A stretch of DNA of 59,094 bases, the filler included. It is 6 parts of 6 records of this genome, joined end to end, with 100 filler letters (N's around TTAATTAATTAA, not from the genome) between each part and the next. Parts side by side here need not be neighbours in the genome. Positions count along the whole stretch, not along the records: positions 1 to 9,830 come from SRR31147125_994; 5 more parts are not named here. One strand, given 5' to 3'. This document shows positions 1 to 9,930 of this stretch, in pieces. Under the pieces are notes generated by a model. It had not been told where the DNA came from, did not search any database, and saw only the letters and a list, made by a program, of their open reading frames with translations. A program made the translations under genes and the position numbers. The first letter of the stretch is position 1. The number at the start of each line of letters is the position of its first letter.

Positions 1-918
1 TATAAGAACAACCTTACCATAAGGGAGAGCACAACTTTTGGTTTTGTGCGGATGATAGTAAAAAAAGAAAAGGTACCAAGTAATATAATCCAGTTTTATA
101 AGAAGACAGAGTTTAAAGAACAATTGCTCCCCATGTCAGGGTTTGATGCGATCTTTGTCCGCATCGATCCCCCTTTGGATGCAATTATGTTAAATTTTCT
201 GGATTCGGTACGGGATGACACATTTATTTTAAATGACATTGACGGACTTCGAAAAGCTAATAATAAACTTTACCCGGCGGCTTTTTACGATCCCAATAAT
301 GAAATAATACCTGTAACCCATGTATCGAAAAACAAGGAGTTTTTAAAACGGGTAATTCAAGAGTCGAACAAAGACAAGATGATATTGAAACCACTCGATG
401 GTTTTGGTGGGAGCGGTGTTATTGTGCTGGAAAAAGGAGCCCAGAAAAATATTAATTCATTGCTCGATTTTTATATATCAGGTGGTTCGGGTAGTAATTA
501 TGTTATTTTGCAGGAATATATAGAAGGTGCAGACGAGGGTGACGTAAGGGTATTGATGCTTAATGGAGAACCCATTGGTGCCTATAAAAGGGTTCCGGCA
601 GCAGACGATGTTCGGGCAAATATAAAAGCTGGTGGAAATGCGGTTAAGCACGCATTAACAAAAGCTGAGAAGAACATATGTAAAAAAATAGGCCCCAAAC
701 TCGCTGCCGATGGATTATACTTTGTTGGAGTAGATATTATTGCAGGAAAACTTATCGAAATAAATGTATGCAGCCCGGGTGGAATTACCCGTATTAATCG
801 CTTTAACAAAACAAAACTTCAAAAACAAGTAATCGATTTTGTTGAAAGTGTAGTTAACACAAAAGAATTTGCAATTCACAGAAAGCAGTATTTGCGTGGT
901 ATGATAGAGAATGGTTAA
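1..918 (+). CDS. gshB: Glutathione synthetase-like ATP-grasp ligase (5' partial)
   Basis: Frame is open from base 1. GshB-like motifs FVRIDPP, ILKPLDGFGGSGV, QEYI, GDVRV, GVDII, EINVCSPGG. Confidence 0.8.
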   Translation, partial: YKNNLTIRESTTFGFVRMIVKKEKVPSNIIQFYKKTEFKEQLLPMSGFDAIFVRIDPPLDAIMLNFLDSVRDDTFILNDIDGLRKANNKLYPAAFYDPNNEIIPVTHVSKNKEFLKRVIQESNKDKMILKPLDGFGGSGVIVLEKGAQKNINSLLDFYISGGSGSNYVILQEYIEGADEGDVRVLMLNGEPIGAYKRVPAADDVRANIKAGGNAVKHALTKAEKNICKKIGPKLAADGLYFVGVDIIAGKLIEINVCSPGGITRINRFNKTKLQKQVIDFVESVVNTKEFAIHRKQYLRGMIENG

Positions 919-2901
919 GCTCTCTTTAGAGGAGATAGTTCGCAAAATAGAACTGGGGCTCACATTTGAGGCCACTCCGCAGGATGATTCGTTTCGAATC
1001 AAAATAGAAGATTATATACCCTTTGTATGTGCAGCTATACATAATGGGCATAATTTTCAGGGTGATTTGGAGGCAAATTGCCTACTCGACGATTATGAAA
1101 GGTGGTATGAAGAAGATCCGCAAACAGCTTCTTTTATACGGTCGTTTCCCATTGTGATTGTTGGTAACGATTCAAGATATGAATACGATCTGAACCGTGC
1201 CCCAAGTGAAGCAATATATGATGTGGCCTGGGGTAGGAAGGTATGGGACAAACCGATTTCGGAAGAGCAAAAAACCAGGGGTTAGAAAAACACAATGGTT
1301 TTTATATGGTTGTTAATGCCCTAATTGCCAAGATAGAGCAATTATTCGGTGCCTGTATCGTATTCGATATCCATTCCTACAATTACAAACGCTATAACCG
1401 TTATCTGCCACTTTTTAACCTGGGAACAGATAAAATCGATCAAAAAAGATTTAAACCAATCATAAAATATTGGTTTAAAGAACTTGATAAAGTTGCATTG
1501 CCAGATATTGTTAATACAGTAGCTATAAACGATATTTTTTACGGACATGGATATTTCCTGTCATATATAACAGGGAACTTCAAGAATACCCTGGTTTTGG
1601 CTACTGAAATTAAGAAGGTATACTGCAACGAAGAAACAGGTGAAAATTATCCATTGGTAATTTCATTGTTAACTCAAGGTTTAAAACGTGCAATCCTCAA
1701 TACATCAACATATTATTCCAGAAAGCATACCCGGTTAACAGTTCGGAGGAAAGAGCGCTTGCTTTCCTCGGAACTCGATAAAGATATACTACAAGTTGAT
1801 AAGCAGTTGTTTAACCTGGTAAAGAATTTCGAAATTCTTAATTACGTAAACCCAATAAATCTCGAAGTAGAGAAGAAAAGATTTTATAAATCGAAATTTT
1901 TTGTAAATCCAAAATTCAGGTATAAACAACTGGTAATTGATCCGTTTGATTTTAAGCGTAAATTATATCAAATGCCAATTGAGAAAATCAAAGATATCAA
2001 CCTTCAAATATTATTTAAAGATGTTATTAATTCTTACGCTGATAAAGTAGACTTATTAACATCAATAGGTAAAACTACATTTGTTTATAATTCATTAAGA
2101 TATTTTGGGGAACCTTCTGAGCGCGATATAGGGAATGCTAATTTTTTACTTCATTGCCCTGATGTTGACGATGAATACGAAGAAATGTTTAATGTTACCG
2201 AGGTAAAAGAACTTTTTGAGAAAACGATTGCGGAATATGGGTTTGAGGCAAAAGTAGAAATTGCTAAAAATGTTGTATCAAAAGTACTTGTTCTTAACAG
2301 TAAAAAGTTGATTAGGTTAAGAGCAGACGCTACATTCTCCCGGAAAAACATGCATGCGCTTGCTAATCATGAAGTGGGGGTGCATATGGTAACGACTATC
2401 AACAGTAGGAATCAACCTCTAAATCTCTTGAGGATTGGGCTTCCGGTAAATACCCTCACGCAAGAAGGTCTCGCGATTTTAAGTGAATACTTATCAGATA
2501 ATTTATCTGTTTTTCGGCTTAAACAATTAGCCTTACGTGTATTAACCGTAAAAAACATGCTCAATGGTATGGAATTTAGGCAGGCTTTTGAGTATTTAAT
2601 GGATACAAAAATCCTTTCAGAAGATGAAGCTTTTTATATGGTTACCCGTGTATTCAGGGGTGGTGGTTTTACAAAAGATTATTTGTACTTAAAAGGATTT
2701 CGCTATTTGTTAAATTATTACATGGAAGGTCACCCATTAGATAATTTACTGATTGGCAAAACATCTTTAGGAAATATAGCAACTTTAAACGAACTGGTTG
2801 AAAGAAAACTTTTATTGCCACCCAAATATAAAACGCAGGCGTTTATCCAGCCAGTTAATATAAACCCGATTATGAAGTATTTAATAACTTCAATTCGTTG
2901 A
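911..2901 (+). CDS. N-formylglutamate amidohydrolase-like domain fused to a QEGLA-motif (DUF1704-type) metallopeptidase; split by a 1-nt frameshift near 1278-1283
   Basis: ORF 911-1285 (AIHNGH, EEDP, SRYEYDLNR) continues into ORF 1243-2901 (FDIHSY, NLGT, then HEVGVH and TQEGLA). Adding one base in AGGGGTTAG joins the frames. Confidence 0.8.
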
Positions 2902-2974
2902 TGTATTTAAAAGATTAAATTTGATAATGGTGTTTTATAAGTCTGGTTGCTTTTATTAAAAGAGTTGTTGCGTT

Positions 2975-4507
2975 ATGAATGAAATTGAAAACATAGAACT
3001 GGTTTATTTAAAGCTGGAAGATTATAAAGATTTAAAAGAAGCTATGATTGAGGCTTACGCCAATATGCCCAATGCTTATTGGAGAGAGGCTCATATCAAG
3101 ACCTTGATAGAAAAATTTCAGGAAGGCCAGGTCGTAATAAAGGTCAACAAACAGTTTGCGGGATGCGCATTGTCTATAATTGTTGATTATTCAAAATTTG
3201 AAAACAGGCATACCTACAAAGAAATTACCGATAATTACTCGTTTAATACCCATACCGATAGCGGGGATATGCTTTATGGTATCGATATTTTTATCCGGCC
3301 AAAATTTCGTGGGTTACGTCTGGGAAGGAGGTTGTACGACTATCGAAAAGAATTGTGCGAACGCTTAAATCTAAAGGGTATTGCTTTTGGTGGCAGGATA
3401 CCGAATTACTATAAATATTCAAAAGAATTAACTCCCAAAAAATACATTGACAAAGTAAGGCGAAAAGAAATACATGATCCTGTCCTGGATTTTCAAATGT
3501 CGAACGATTTTCACCCTGCCCGCGTGCTTCAGGGGTATCTCGAAGGTGACAAAGAATCGAAAGAATATGCTGTTCTGTTAGAATGGGATAATATTTATTA
3601 TGAAAAAGAAGTAAAACAAGCTTCGTCAATAAAAAAAGTGGTTCGCCTTGGGCTTGTTCAATGGCAGATGAGGCCGTATAAAAACCTCGAAGAATTGCTT
3701 CAGCAAGCAGAATATTTTGTTGATGCCGTATCAGGCTACAGAAGCGATTTTGCACTTTTTCCTGAGTTTTTTAATGCCCCTTTAATGGCAGAGAACAATC
3801 ACATGTCTGAACCCGAGGCAATTCGTGAGCTGGCAAAGCACACGTCAGAACTGGCAAAAAAGTTTTCAGAATTGGCCATATCGTACAACATAAATATTAT
3901 TACCGGAAGCATGCCCGAGCTTCGTGATGGTAAATTGTACAATGTTGGGTATTTATGCAAAAGAGATGGAACAGTTGAAAGCTTTGAAAAAATACATGTA
4001 ACTCCGGATGAAGCAAAAGTGTGGGGCTTACAAGGGGGGAAGCAGGTAAAAGCATTTGATACGGATTGCGGAAAGATAGGTGTTTTAATTTGCTATGATG
4101 TTGAATTTCCGGAGTTGAGTCGTTTGCTTGCAAATGATGGAATGGATATATTATTTGTGCCGTTTTTAACCGACACTCAAAATGGTTATTCGCGCGTTCG
4201 GAATTGTGCGCAGGCTAGGGCAATTGAAAATGAATGTTATGTGGCTATTGCCGGTAGTGTTGGCAACCTTCCCAAAGTCCATAACATGGATATCCAGTAT
4301 GCGCAATCCATGGTTTTTACCCCTTGCGATTTTTCGTTCCCTGCAAACGGAATAAAAGCAGAAGCAACCCCAAATACAGAAATGATTTTAATTGCCGATG
4401 TAGATATTGATATGCTTCGGGAACTTAATCAGTTTGGTAGCGTGAGAAATTTAAGAGACAGACGCAAAGATGTTTATGAGATAGTTAGAAATAAAAGTTC
4501 AATTTAA
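2975..4507 (+). CDS. Bifunctional GNAT acetyltransferase / carbon-nitrogen hydrolase (nitrilase family)
   Basis: GNAT motif RGLRLGRRL; nitrilase triad motifs FPEFF, EKIH, ICYDVEFPE. Confidence 0.9.
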   Translation: MNEIENIELVYLKLEDYKDLKEAMIEAYANMPNAYWREAHIKTLIEKFQEGQVVIKVNKQFAGCALSIIVDYSKFENRHTYKEITDNYSFNTHTDSGDMLYGIDIFIRPKFRGLRLGRRLYDYRKELCERLNLKGIAFGGRIPNYYKYSKELTPKKYIDKVRRKEIHDPVLDFQMSNDFHPARVLQGYLEGDKESKEYAVLLEWDNIYYEKEVKQASSIKKVVRLGLVQWQMRPYKNLEELLQQAEYFVDAVSGYRSDFALFPEFFNAPLMAENNHMSEPEAIRELAKHTSELAKKFSELAISYNINIITGSMPELRDGKLYNVGYLCKRDGTVESFEKIHVTPDEAKVWGLQGGKQVKAFDTDCGKIGVLICYDVEFPELSRLLANDGMDILFVPFLTDTQNGYSRVRNCAQARAIENECYVAIAGSVGNLPKVHNMDIQYAQSMVFTPCDFSFPANGIKAEATPNTEMILIADVDIDMLRELNQFGSVRNLRDRRKDVYEIVRNKSSI

Positions 4508-4590
4508 ATAAAGCTATTGTTTTCAACTTTTTACTTAATTTGTAGATTATACAAAAAAATAATACATGGAAAACAACACATTTCTGTCCT

Positions 4591-7353
4591 TTAAAAATTA
4601 ACAGAAAAAGAATAAATCCCGGAACCTACTTCAAATACAGCATACTGACCTTCCACCTTCAGGAATTTTACAGAACTGCCAGAAAGTTTTTGTTCACTTT
4701 CTAAAACAGAAGATTCTGATGTGGCAGGTATATAAACAGTTGCGATTGAATTGCACGGTATTGTAATATTCCATTGAAAGGTAGAGTCATCCTTTTTCCA
4801 GGAACTTTTAATTAAGCCTTTTACAGAATGATAAGATGCATTTACACTGTTCAGTCCGTCAATAATTTCTGGCTTCATCATTAATTGCTTGAAGCCAGAA
4901 CTTCCTGGCGCATTTTTAATACCTGCCAGATTCTCATAGAACCAAAGAATCAAGTCGCCCAACTGCATAACATGATTCTGCGAGTCAATCCATTTGGCCA
5001 TTTTATCTCCATTCCAATGTTCCCAGATTGTAGTGGCTCCATTATCAATCATATAACCGTAACTAGGATAATCGGTCTTTAATAGCATTTGATATGCAAT
5101 ATCTGACCTTCCATTATCAGTCAACCCGCGCATCAACCATTGGTTGCCAATGATGCCAGTACTTACATGTCCATCAAATTTGTTCATGGTTCTATTCACA
5201 ATGCTTTCAAAAACAGCTTTTTTGTCGTTTTCAGGAACCAAATCAAAACTCAATGATAATAAATTGGCTGTTATAGTGTTGTTGCTGTAATAACCGTTCT
5301 CTTTATTCAAAAAGTTGTCATTATAAGCCTCTTTTACAACTACTGCCTGTTTTTCGAATTCTTTTGCATCTTCAGGTTTTTCAAGTAGATATGCAAATTT
5401 CTCCAGTAACTGAAGCATGTGGTAATAATATGCCGTACCAATTAATACTTTATCTGTAATTAATCCTGGATATTTAGGATCGTTAAATGTTGGATCTTCC
5501 GGAGGTGTGCACCAATCACCATATTCATCCCTTGGCATTAGGTGATCCGAGGTCATGTAATTATCCCTCATATAGTAAAGCCATTTTTTCATTGAATCGT
5601 AGTGCCTAAAAATGGGCTCCTTATTCCCAAATTGATCGTAAAGCATGTTAGATACAGTTAGGTATGTTCCCGGCCAGGTCATGTTATCCGTATATTTACT
5701 CCAATAACTTGGTGCGATATCAGAAATACTTCCGCTTTCAAGTTGGGTAATACGTATATCATTTACCCATTTTGCATACAGGTTATTATTGTTAAAAATG
5801 AAGCTCTCTCCATAGGAACCTATTGCCCGGTCTCCAGTCCACCCCATTCGTTCAGTACGTTGAGGGCAATCTGTAGGCATACCACGATAATTTCCCCGAA
5901 TACTCCAATATGCGTTTTTGTAGATTTGATTAACCAAAGCATTTGATGTCTCGAACGTTCCTGTTTGCTCCATTTCGTCATATACAACGCAGCCTTGAAA
6001 ATCATCAATTACAGGAATACCTGGGTAACCAGTTATTTCAACAAATCGAAAGCCGTGAGAAGTGAAACATGGTTCCCATTCTTCCTCGTTATTTCCTTGC
6101 AATGTATATTTATCTGTGGCTAATCCTCCGCGTAAATTTTCCTGATTAATCGTTCCATCTTCATTTAAAAATTCTGCAAAACGTAATTGTACTATGTCTC
6201 CTTTGTTACCTTTTACTCTCATGCGTAACCAGCCAACCATATTCTGCCCCATATCCAAAATATAGGTTCCCTTCTTAAGTTCTTTTATCGATAAGGGATT
6301 GATAGTGTCCATAACTTTTATGTTCTGGTTTAATTGAGCGCTTAGTTTTCCTTTTGGAGGTTCAACTAATTCGGCTGTATTCCACATGTCTTCGTGGAAT
6401 CCGGGTTTATCCCACCCAGGCATTTCTTTTCGTGCATCATATTCTTCACCGTCATATTCATTGTTGGCACGAATTGGTCCATCAGCGGTAACCTTCCAGC
6501 TCTCGTCACTTGTAACAATCTGCCTGCTTCCATCAGCATATTCCAGCTCCATCTGGGAAATCATTTTAGGATATTGATAGGGGATACTTTTGCGCATGTG
6601 AAAGAACCGACCATTACCTAATACAACACCTATTGCATTGGTACCTTTTTGTATGTTTTGAGTAACATCAAAAGTATTATATTTTACTTCTTTGCGATAA
6701 TCTGTTGGAGTGGGAGATAATTCCTGTTCTCCGATTACGTTTCCATTGATATGTAATTTATACAAACCAAGTCCGCAGATATATAGAGTTGCTTTTTTGG
6801 GAGGTTGGGATGTTTTAAATTCTTTGCGAAAATATCTAGCTCCCATTCGGGTACGATCTGCTGTCGGAGCTTCCCATTCGAATGATTTGTCCAGTCCGAC
6901 CCATTTAGCTTTCCATTCCCCAGGAGACATTAAACCCATGCTCCATTGAGCAGGTTTACTCCACCCTGATTTTCCTTTGTTGGTTGTTACACGAACCTTC
7001 CAATAATATTCAGTGCTGCTTTGTAATTTTTGTCCATTATAAGCAATAAAAACTGACTCGTCCGAATTAATTTGTTTTGAATCCCATATATCAGCTTTGT
7101 TTGCGTTCAGTTTTTCTAAAGAAGTGGATACTAAGATCTGATAACTCTTTTGTAATACGGATTTTTCTTTGCATTGTAGTTCCCAACTTAACCTCGGGGC
7201 AGAAATATCAATACCTTCAGGATTTGTGATTAGTTCGCAGCGAAGGTTGGTTACTTCAATAATGGATTCTTTTTTATTGAAGCAGGAACTAACAAAAAAT
7301 ATTATTATTAACAATCTCAAATATTTTAAAGAAACTGCAAAAGTCATTTTCAT
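4591..7353 (-). CDS. Alpha-L-rhamnosidase (GH78), lipoprotein
   Basis: Lipobox FVSSC; DMGQNMVG, PTDCPQRTERMGWTGD, GATTIWEHW, SQNHVM. Confidence 0.9.
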   Translation of the reverse strand: MKMTFAVSLKYLRLLIIIFFVSSCFNKKESIIEVTNLRCELITNPEGIDISAPRLSWELQCKEKSVLQKSYQILVSTSLEKLNANKADIWDSKQINSDESVFIAYNGQKLQSSTEYYWKVRVTTNKGKSGWSKPAQWSMGLMSPGEWKAKWVGLDKSFEWEAPTADRTRMGARYFRKEFKTSQPPKKATLYICGLGLYKLHINGNVIGEQELSPTPTDYRKEVKYNTFDVTQNIQKGTNAIGVVLGNGRFFHMRKSIPYQYPKMISQMELEYADGSRQIVTSDESWKVTADGPIRANNEYDGEEYDARKEMPGWDKPGFHEDMWNTAELVEPPKGKLSAQLNQNIKVMDTINPLSIKELKKGTYILDMGQNMVGWLRMRVKGNKGDIVQLRFAEFLNEDGTINQENLRGGLATDKYTLQGNNEEEWEPCFTSHGFRFVEITGYPGIPVIDDFQGCVVYDEMEQTGTFETSNALVNQIYKNAYWSIRGNYRGMPTDCPQRTERMGWTGDRAIGSYGESFIFNNNNLYAKWVNDIRITQLESGSISDIAPSYWSKYTDNMTWPGTYLTVSNMLYDQFGNKEPIFRHYDSMKKWLYYMRDNYMTSDHLMPRDEYGDWCTPPEDPTFNDPKYPGLITDKVLIGTAYYYHMLQLLEKFAYLLEKPEDAKEFEKQAVVVKEAYNDNFLNKENGYYSNNTITANLLSLSFDLVPENDKKAVFESIVNRTMNKFDGHVSTGIIGNQWLMRGLTDNGRSDIAYQMLLKTDYPSYGYMIDNGATTIWEHWNGDKMAKWIDSQNHVMQLGDLILWFYENLAGIKNAPGSSGFKQLMMKPEIIDGLNSVNASYHSVKGLIKSSWKKDDSTFQWNITIPCNSIATVYIPATSESSVLESEQKLSGSSVKFLKVEGQYAVFEVGSGIYSFSVNF

Positions 7354-7490
7354 TATTTCTTCGTATTATTTTTAATTTAAGGTTGATATTAATGATTCTA
7401 ATAGCTCAAATTTAAACAAAACTCAAAATTAGCTTGACAAACAATTTAGGATTAAAAAAATGCAAGAGCGTTTTGTGACATTTACTAATT

Positions 7491-8515
7491 ATGCCGATCA
7501 AGGGTTGAGAATATGTTAAAAAAGTCATATAAAAAGCTGGAAATCAGCAATTTAAACTTGTTAAAGCCCTTAAGAATCAGTATATTAAGGTCAACTTTAT
7601 ATATGATTCTCAAGGACAAGGACGACAAGTTAGTAAGAATTTATTTTCTTATCTGTGATTATTTTAATGAATTGCAATATTACTGTGAGCGGTTTAGTAA
7701 TAATAACAAGCCAGAATTTACAGACCAGGAGATTATGACAATATATCTGTATGTAATGCAACATGAGGGGCACACAAAGATTAAGGACATTCATAGGTTT
7801 GCCTCAGAACACCTAAGAGGCTGGTTTCCAAAGCTTGGGAGCTACCAAGCCTTCAATAATCGCCTCAACCGTTTGGGAGGGGCATTTAATCGGCTAGTAG
7901 AAATATTGCTAACAAGCAGTGTGCCTGATGATTGCATTCTAAACCAGAGCGTGTTGGACTCTATGCCTATTATTACCTGCTCAGGAAAACGTTCAGCCAA
8001 AGTTGCCTCTGAAGTTACAGATAAGGGTTATTGTTCGACCAAGAACATGTATTATTTTGGAATGAAGTTACATATGCTTGGTTTTAGACGTGATGGAAAA
8101 CTGCCCCATCCAGAGCAGATACTATTTACCCCTGCTTCTGTCAATGATATATCCGTCTACAGACAAGCGTGGGCGCATATTGAAAACCGCGTATTCTTTG
8201 GTGATAAAATATATATGGATCACGACCTCAACCAACAAATGATAATTGAACAGAATTCAGAAATGTACACCCCGGTTAAGGGTGTCAAAGGGATGCCTGA
8301 TATTATCAAACAAAGGCTAAAGGCAGCTGACGACTTATTTTCAACAGCGGTATCACGCATAAGACAACCAATCGAAGCAATCTTTAACTGGTTGATTCAA
8401 AAAGTAGACATCCAGAGGGCAAGCAAGGTCAGGTCGACAGAAGGTTTAATGATCCATGCATTCGGTAGACTTTCTGCTGCCTTTATTAATTTAAATTTTA
8501 ACTCTTGATTCACAT
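7491..8515 (+). mobile_element. IS982-family insertion sequence
   Basis: Transposase bounded by imperfect inverted repeats (ATGCCGATCAAGGGTTGA at 7491; reverse complement of the right end ATGTGAATCAAGAGTTAA ending 8515). TAATT flanks both sides (7486-7490, 8516-8520). Confidence 0.75.
7603..8508 (+). CDS. IS982-family DDE transposase (alternative start 7513)
   Basis: FTDQEIMT, SYQAFNNRL, LDSMP, YYFGMKLH, GDKIY, RQPIEAIF. Confidence 0.85.
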   Translation: MILKDKDDKLVRIYFLICDYFNELQYYCERFSNNNKPEFTDQEIMTIYLYVMQHEGHTKIKDIHRFASEHLRGWFPKLGSYQAFNNRLNRLGGAFNRLVEILLTSSVPDDCILNQSVLDSMPIITCSGKRSAKVASEVTDKGYCSTKNMYYFGMKLHMLGFRRDGKLPHPEQILFTPASVNDISVYRQAWAHIENRVFFGDKIYMDHDLNQQMIIEQNSEMYTPVKGVKGMPDIIKQRLKAADDLFSTAVSRIRQPIEAIFNWLIQKVDIQRASKVRSTEGLMIHAFGRLSAAFINLNFNS

Positions 8516-8534
8516 TAATTTATTAAATAAGAGA

Positions 8535-8580
8535 AAATGGAGAAAAATAGCATGTTATTTTTAGCTCATTTTCTCCATTT
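8535..8580. terminator. Stem-loop at the 3' end of susD
   Basis: AAATGGAGAAAA ... TTTTCTCCATTT inverted repeat. Confidence 0.55.
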
Positions 8581-8591
8581 AAACTTTTATC

Positions 8592-9578
8592 TTAATATCC
8601 TGGATTTTGAGTTATTTCTGGATTAGTTGAAATTTCTCTGTAAGGAATAGGATATATCAATTTCTCTTCTGTAATATTGTAAGCATTTGACGTGATATGA
8701 ATATCGACTGATTTTATGTAAGTACCGAATTCTGTTATAATATCAACTGCTTTGCCTGTTCTGATAAGATTGTACCATCTATGATTTTCAAAGGCAAGCT
8801 CATGTTTACGTTCATTAGCAACTACTTCAGCTGTTATTGTTGAAATTGCAGGTAATCCAGCACGACTTCTTACTCTATTTATATATTGAGCAGCCTCATC
8901 CGCTTTACCTTGTTCAACTAAATTCTCGGCTAGAAGCAGTAATGCATCTGAATAGCGGTATATTGGCCAGTTGTCATCAGTATTGTTTATTTTACTATGT
9001 GGCCAACGATATTTATTAATAAAAGGACTTGCATAAGCGTGTTGCTGTATTTTTGAATCTCCAACCGTTAGTATATCTCCATATACCTATACTTCTCCGT
9101 CGGTTGAACTACCAACAGCAATACCTATTGAAGGATTTATACGATTATCTCCTGTTTCATATGAGTCAATCATATGCTGTGTTGGTATATTCCACCCACC
9201 ATAAGAAATTGTGCTTGAAGGATCAACGCCAGTTGCTAATTCAGCATCTGTGGTCTTTGGTAGAAATTCGTACAAAAACATGCTTTCCAAACCATAATCG
9301 CCCATCAAATATTGAATAGAAAAGATGTGTTCTTTTGAATTTTTCATTGAAGTGTTGTATACATCCTGAAAATTATCCAATAGATCATAATTCATGTTCA
9401 AGATATCTTTTAGTTGTGTTTCTGCTTCAGGATAGTCTCTTTCTGATTTTGTCATCAAAACATAAGAGTATAGCATTTTCGCAGCACCTTTTGTGGCTCT
9501 TCCGTCTGCAGGAAATTCTGTAACCTCAGGAAGTTTATCTACAGCAAATTTCACATCTTTTGTAAGCAATAATTCCAT
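8592..9578 (-). pseudogene. susD: RagB/SusD-family protein, 5'-truncated with an in-frame TAG at 9087-9089
   Basis: GRATKGAA and EHIFSIQY upstream of the stop; the same frame continues after TAG with IYRYSDALLLLAE, ERKHELAFENHRWYNL and ends QNPGY*. No signal peptide or N-terminal part upstream. Confidence 0.8.
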
Positions 9579-9720
9579 AGTAGGTTATTTGATTTTCATG
9601 GGAGATGTTGTAGTGTGCTATTTAAATTATTTTGGTGGGAATTAAAAAAACTAAGAATAATTTTTTATTCTAATGGTTGATAGATATAGCATGTTAATTT
9701 CAATATTGCTTTAAACAAAC

Positions 9721-9757
9721 AAAAAAGGCACAACACCATAAAAGATGCTGTGCCTTT
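9721..9757 (-). terminator. Rho-independent terminator of an upstream minus-strand gene cut by the contig end
   Basis: AAAGGCACA ... TGTGCCTTT stem with an A-run on the left side. Confidence 0.55.
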
Positions 9758-9830
9758 ACTACTCGAAACTAACTACTACTAACAGTTTGTTGAATTACTA
9801 ATTATTCTTCTGTTGTTAAACTTTTAATCA

Positions 9831-9930
9831 NNNNNNNNNNNNNNNNNNNNNNNNNNNNNNNNNNNNNNNNNNNNTTAATTAATTAANNNNNNNNNNNNNN
9901 NNNNNNNNNNNNNNNNNNNNNNNNNNNNNN
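9831..9930. other. Artificial contig linker
   Basis: N run with central TTAATTAATTAA (stops in all six frames). Confidence 0.98.

Noticed and set aside
9087-9089. Pyrrolysine or TAG recoding in susD
   Set aside because: The gene is also 5'-truncated, no pyl genes are visible, and no other gene on the contig has an in-frame TAG.
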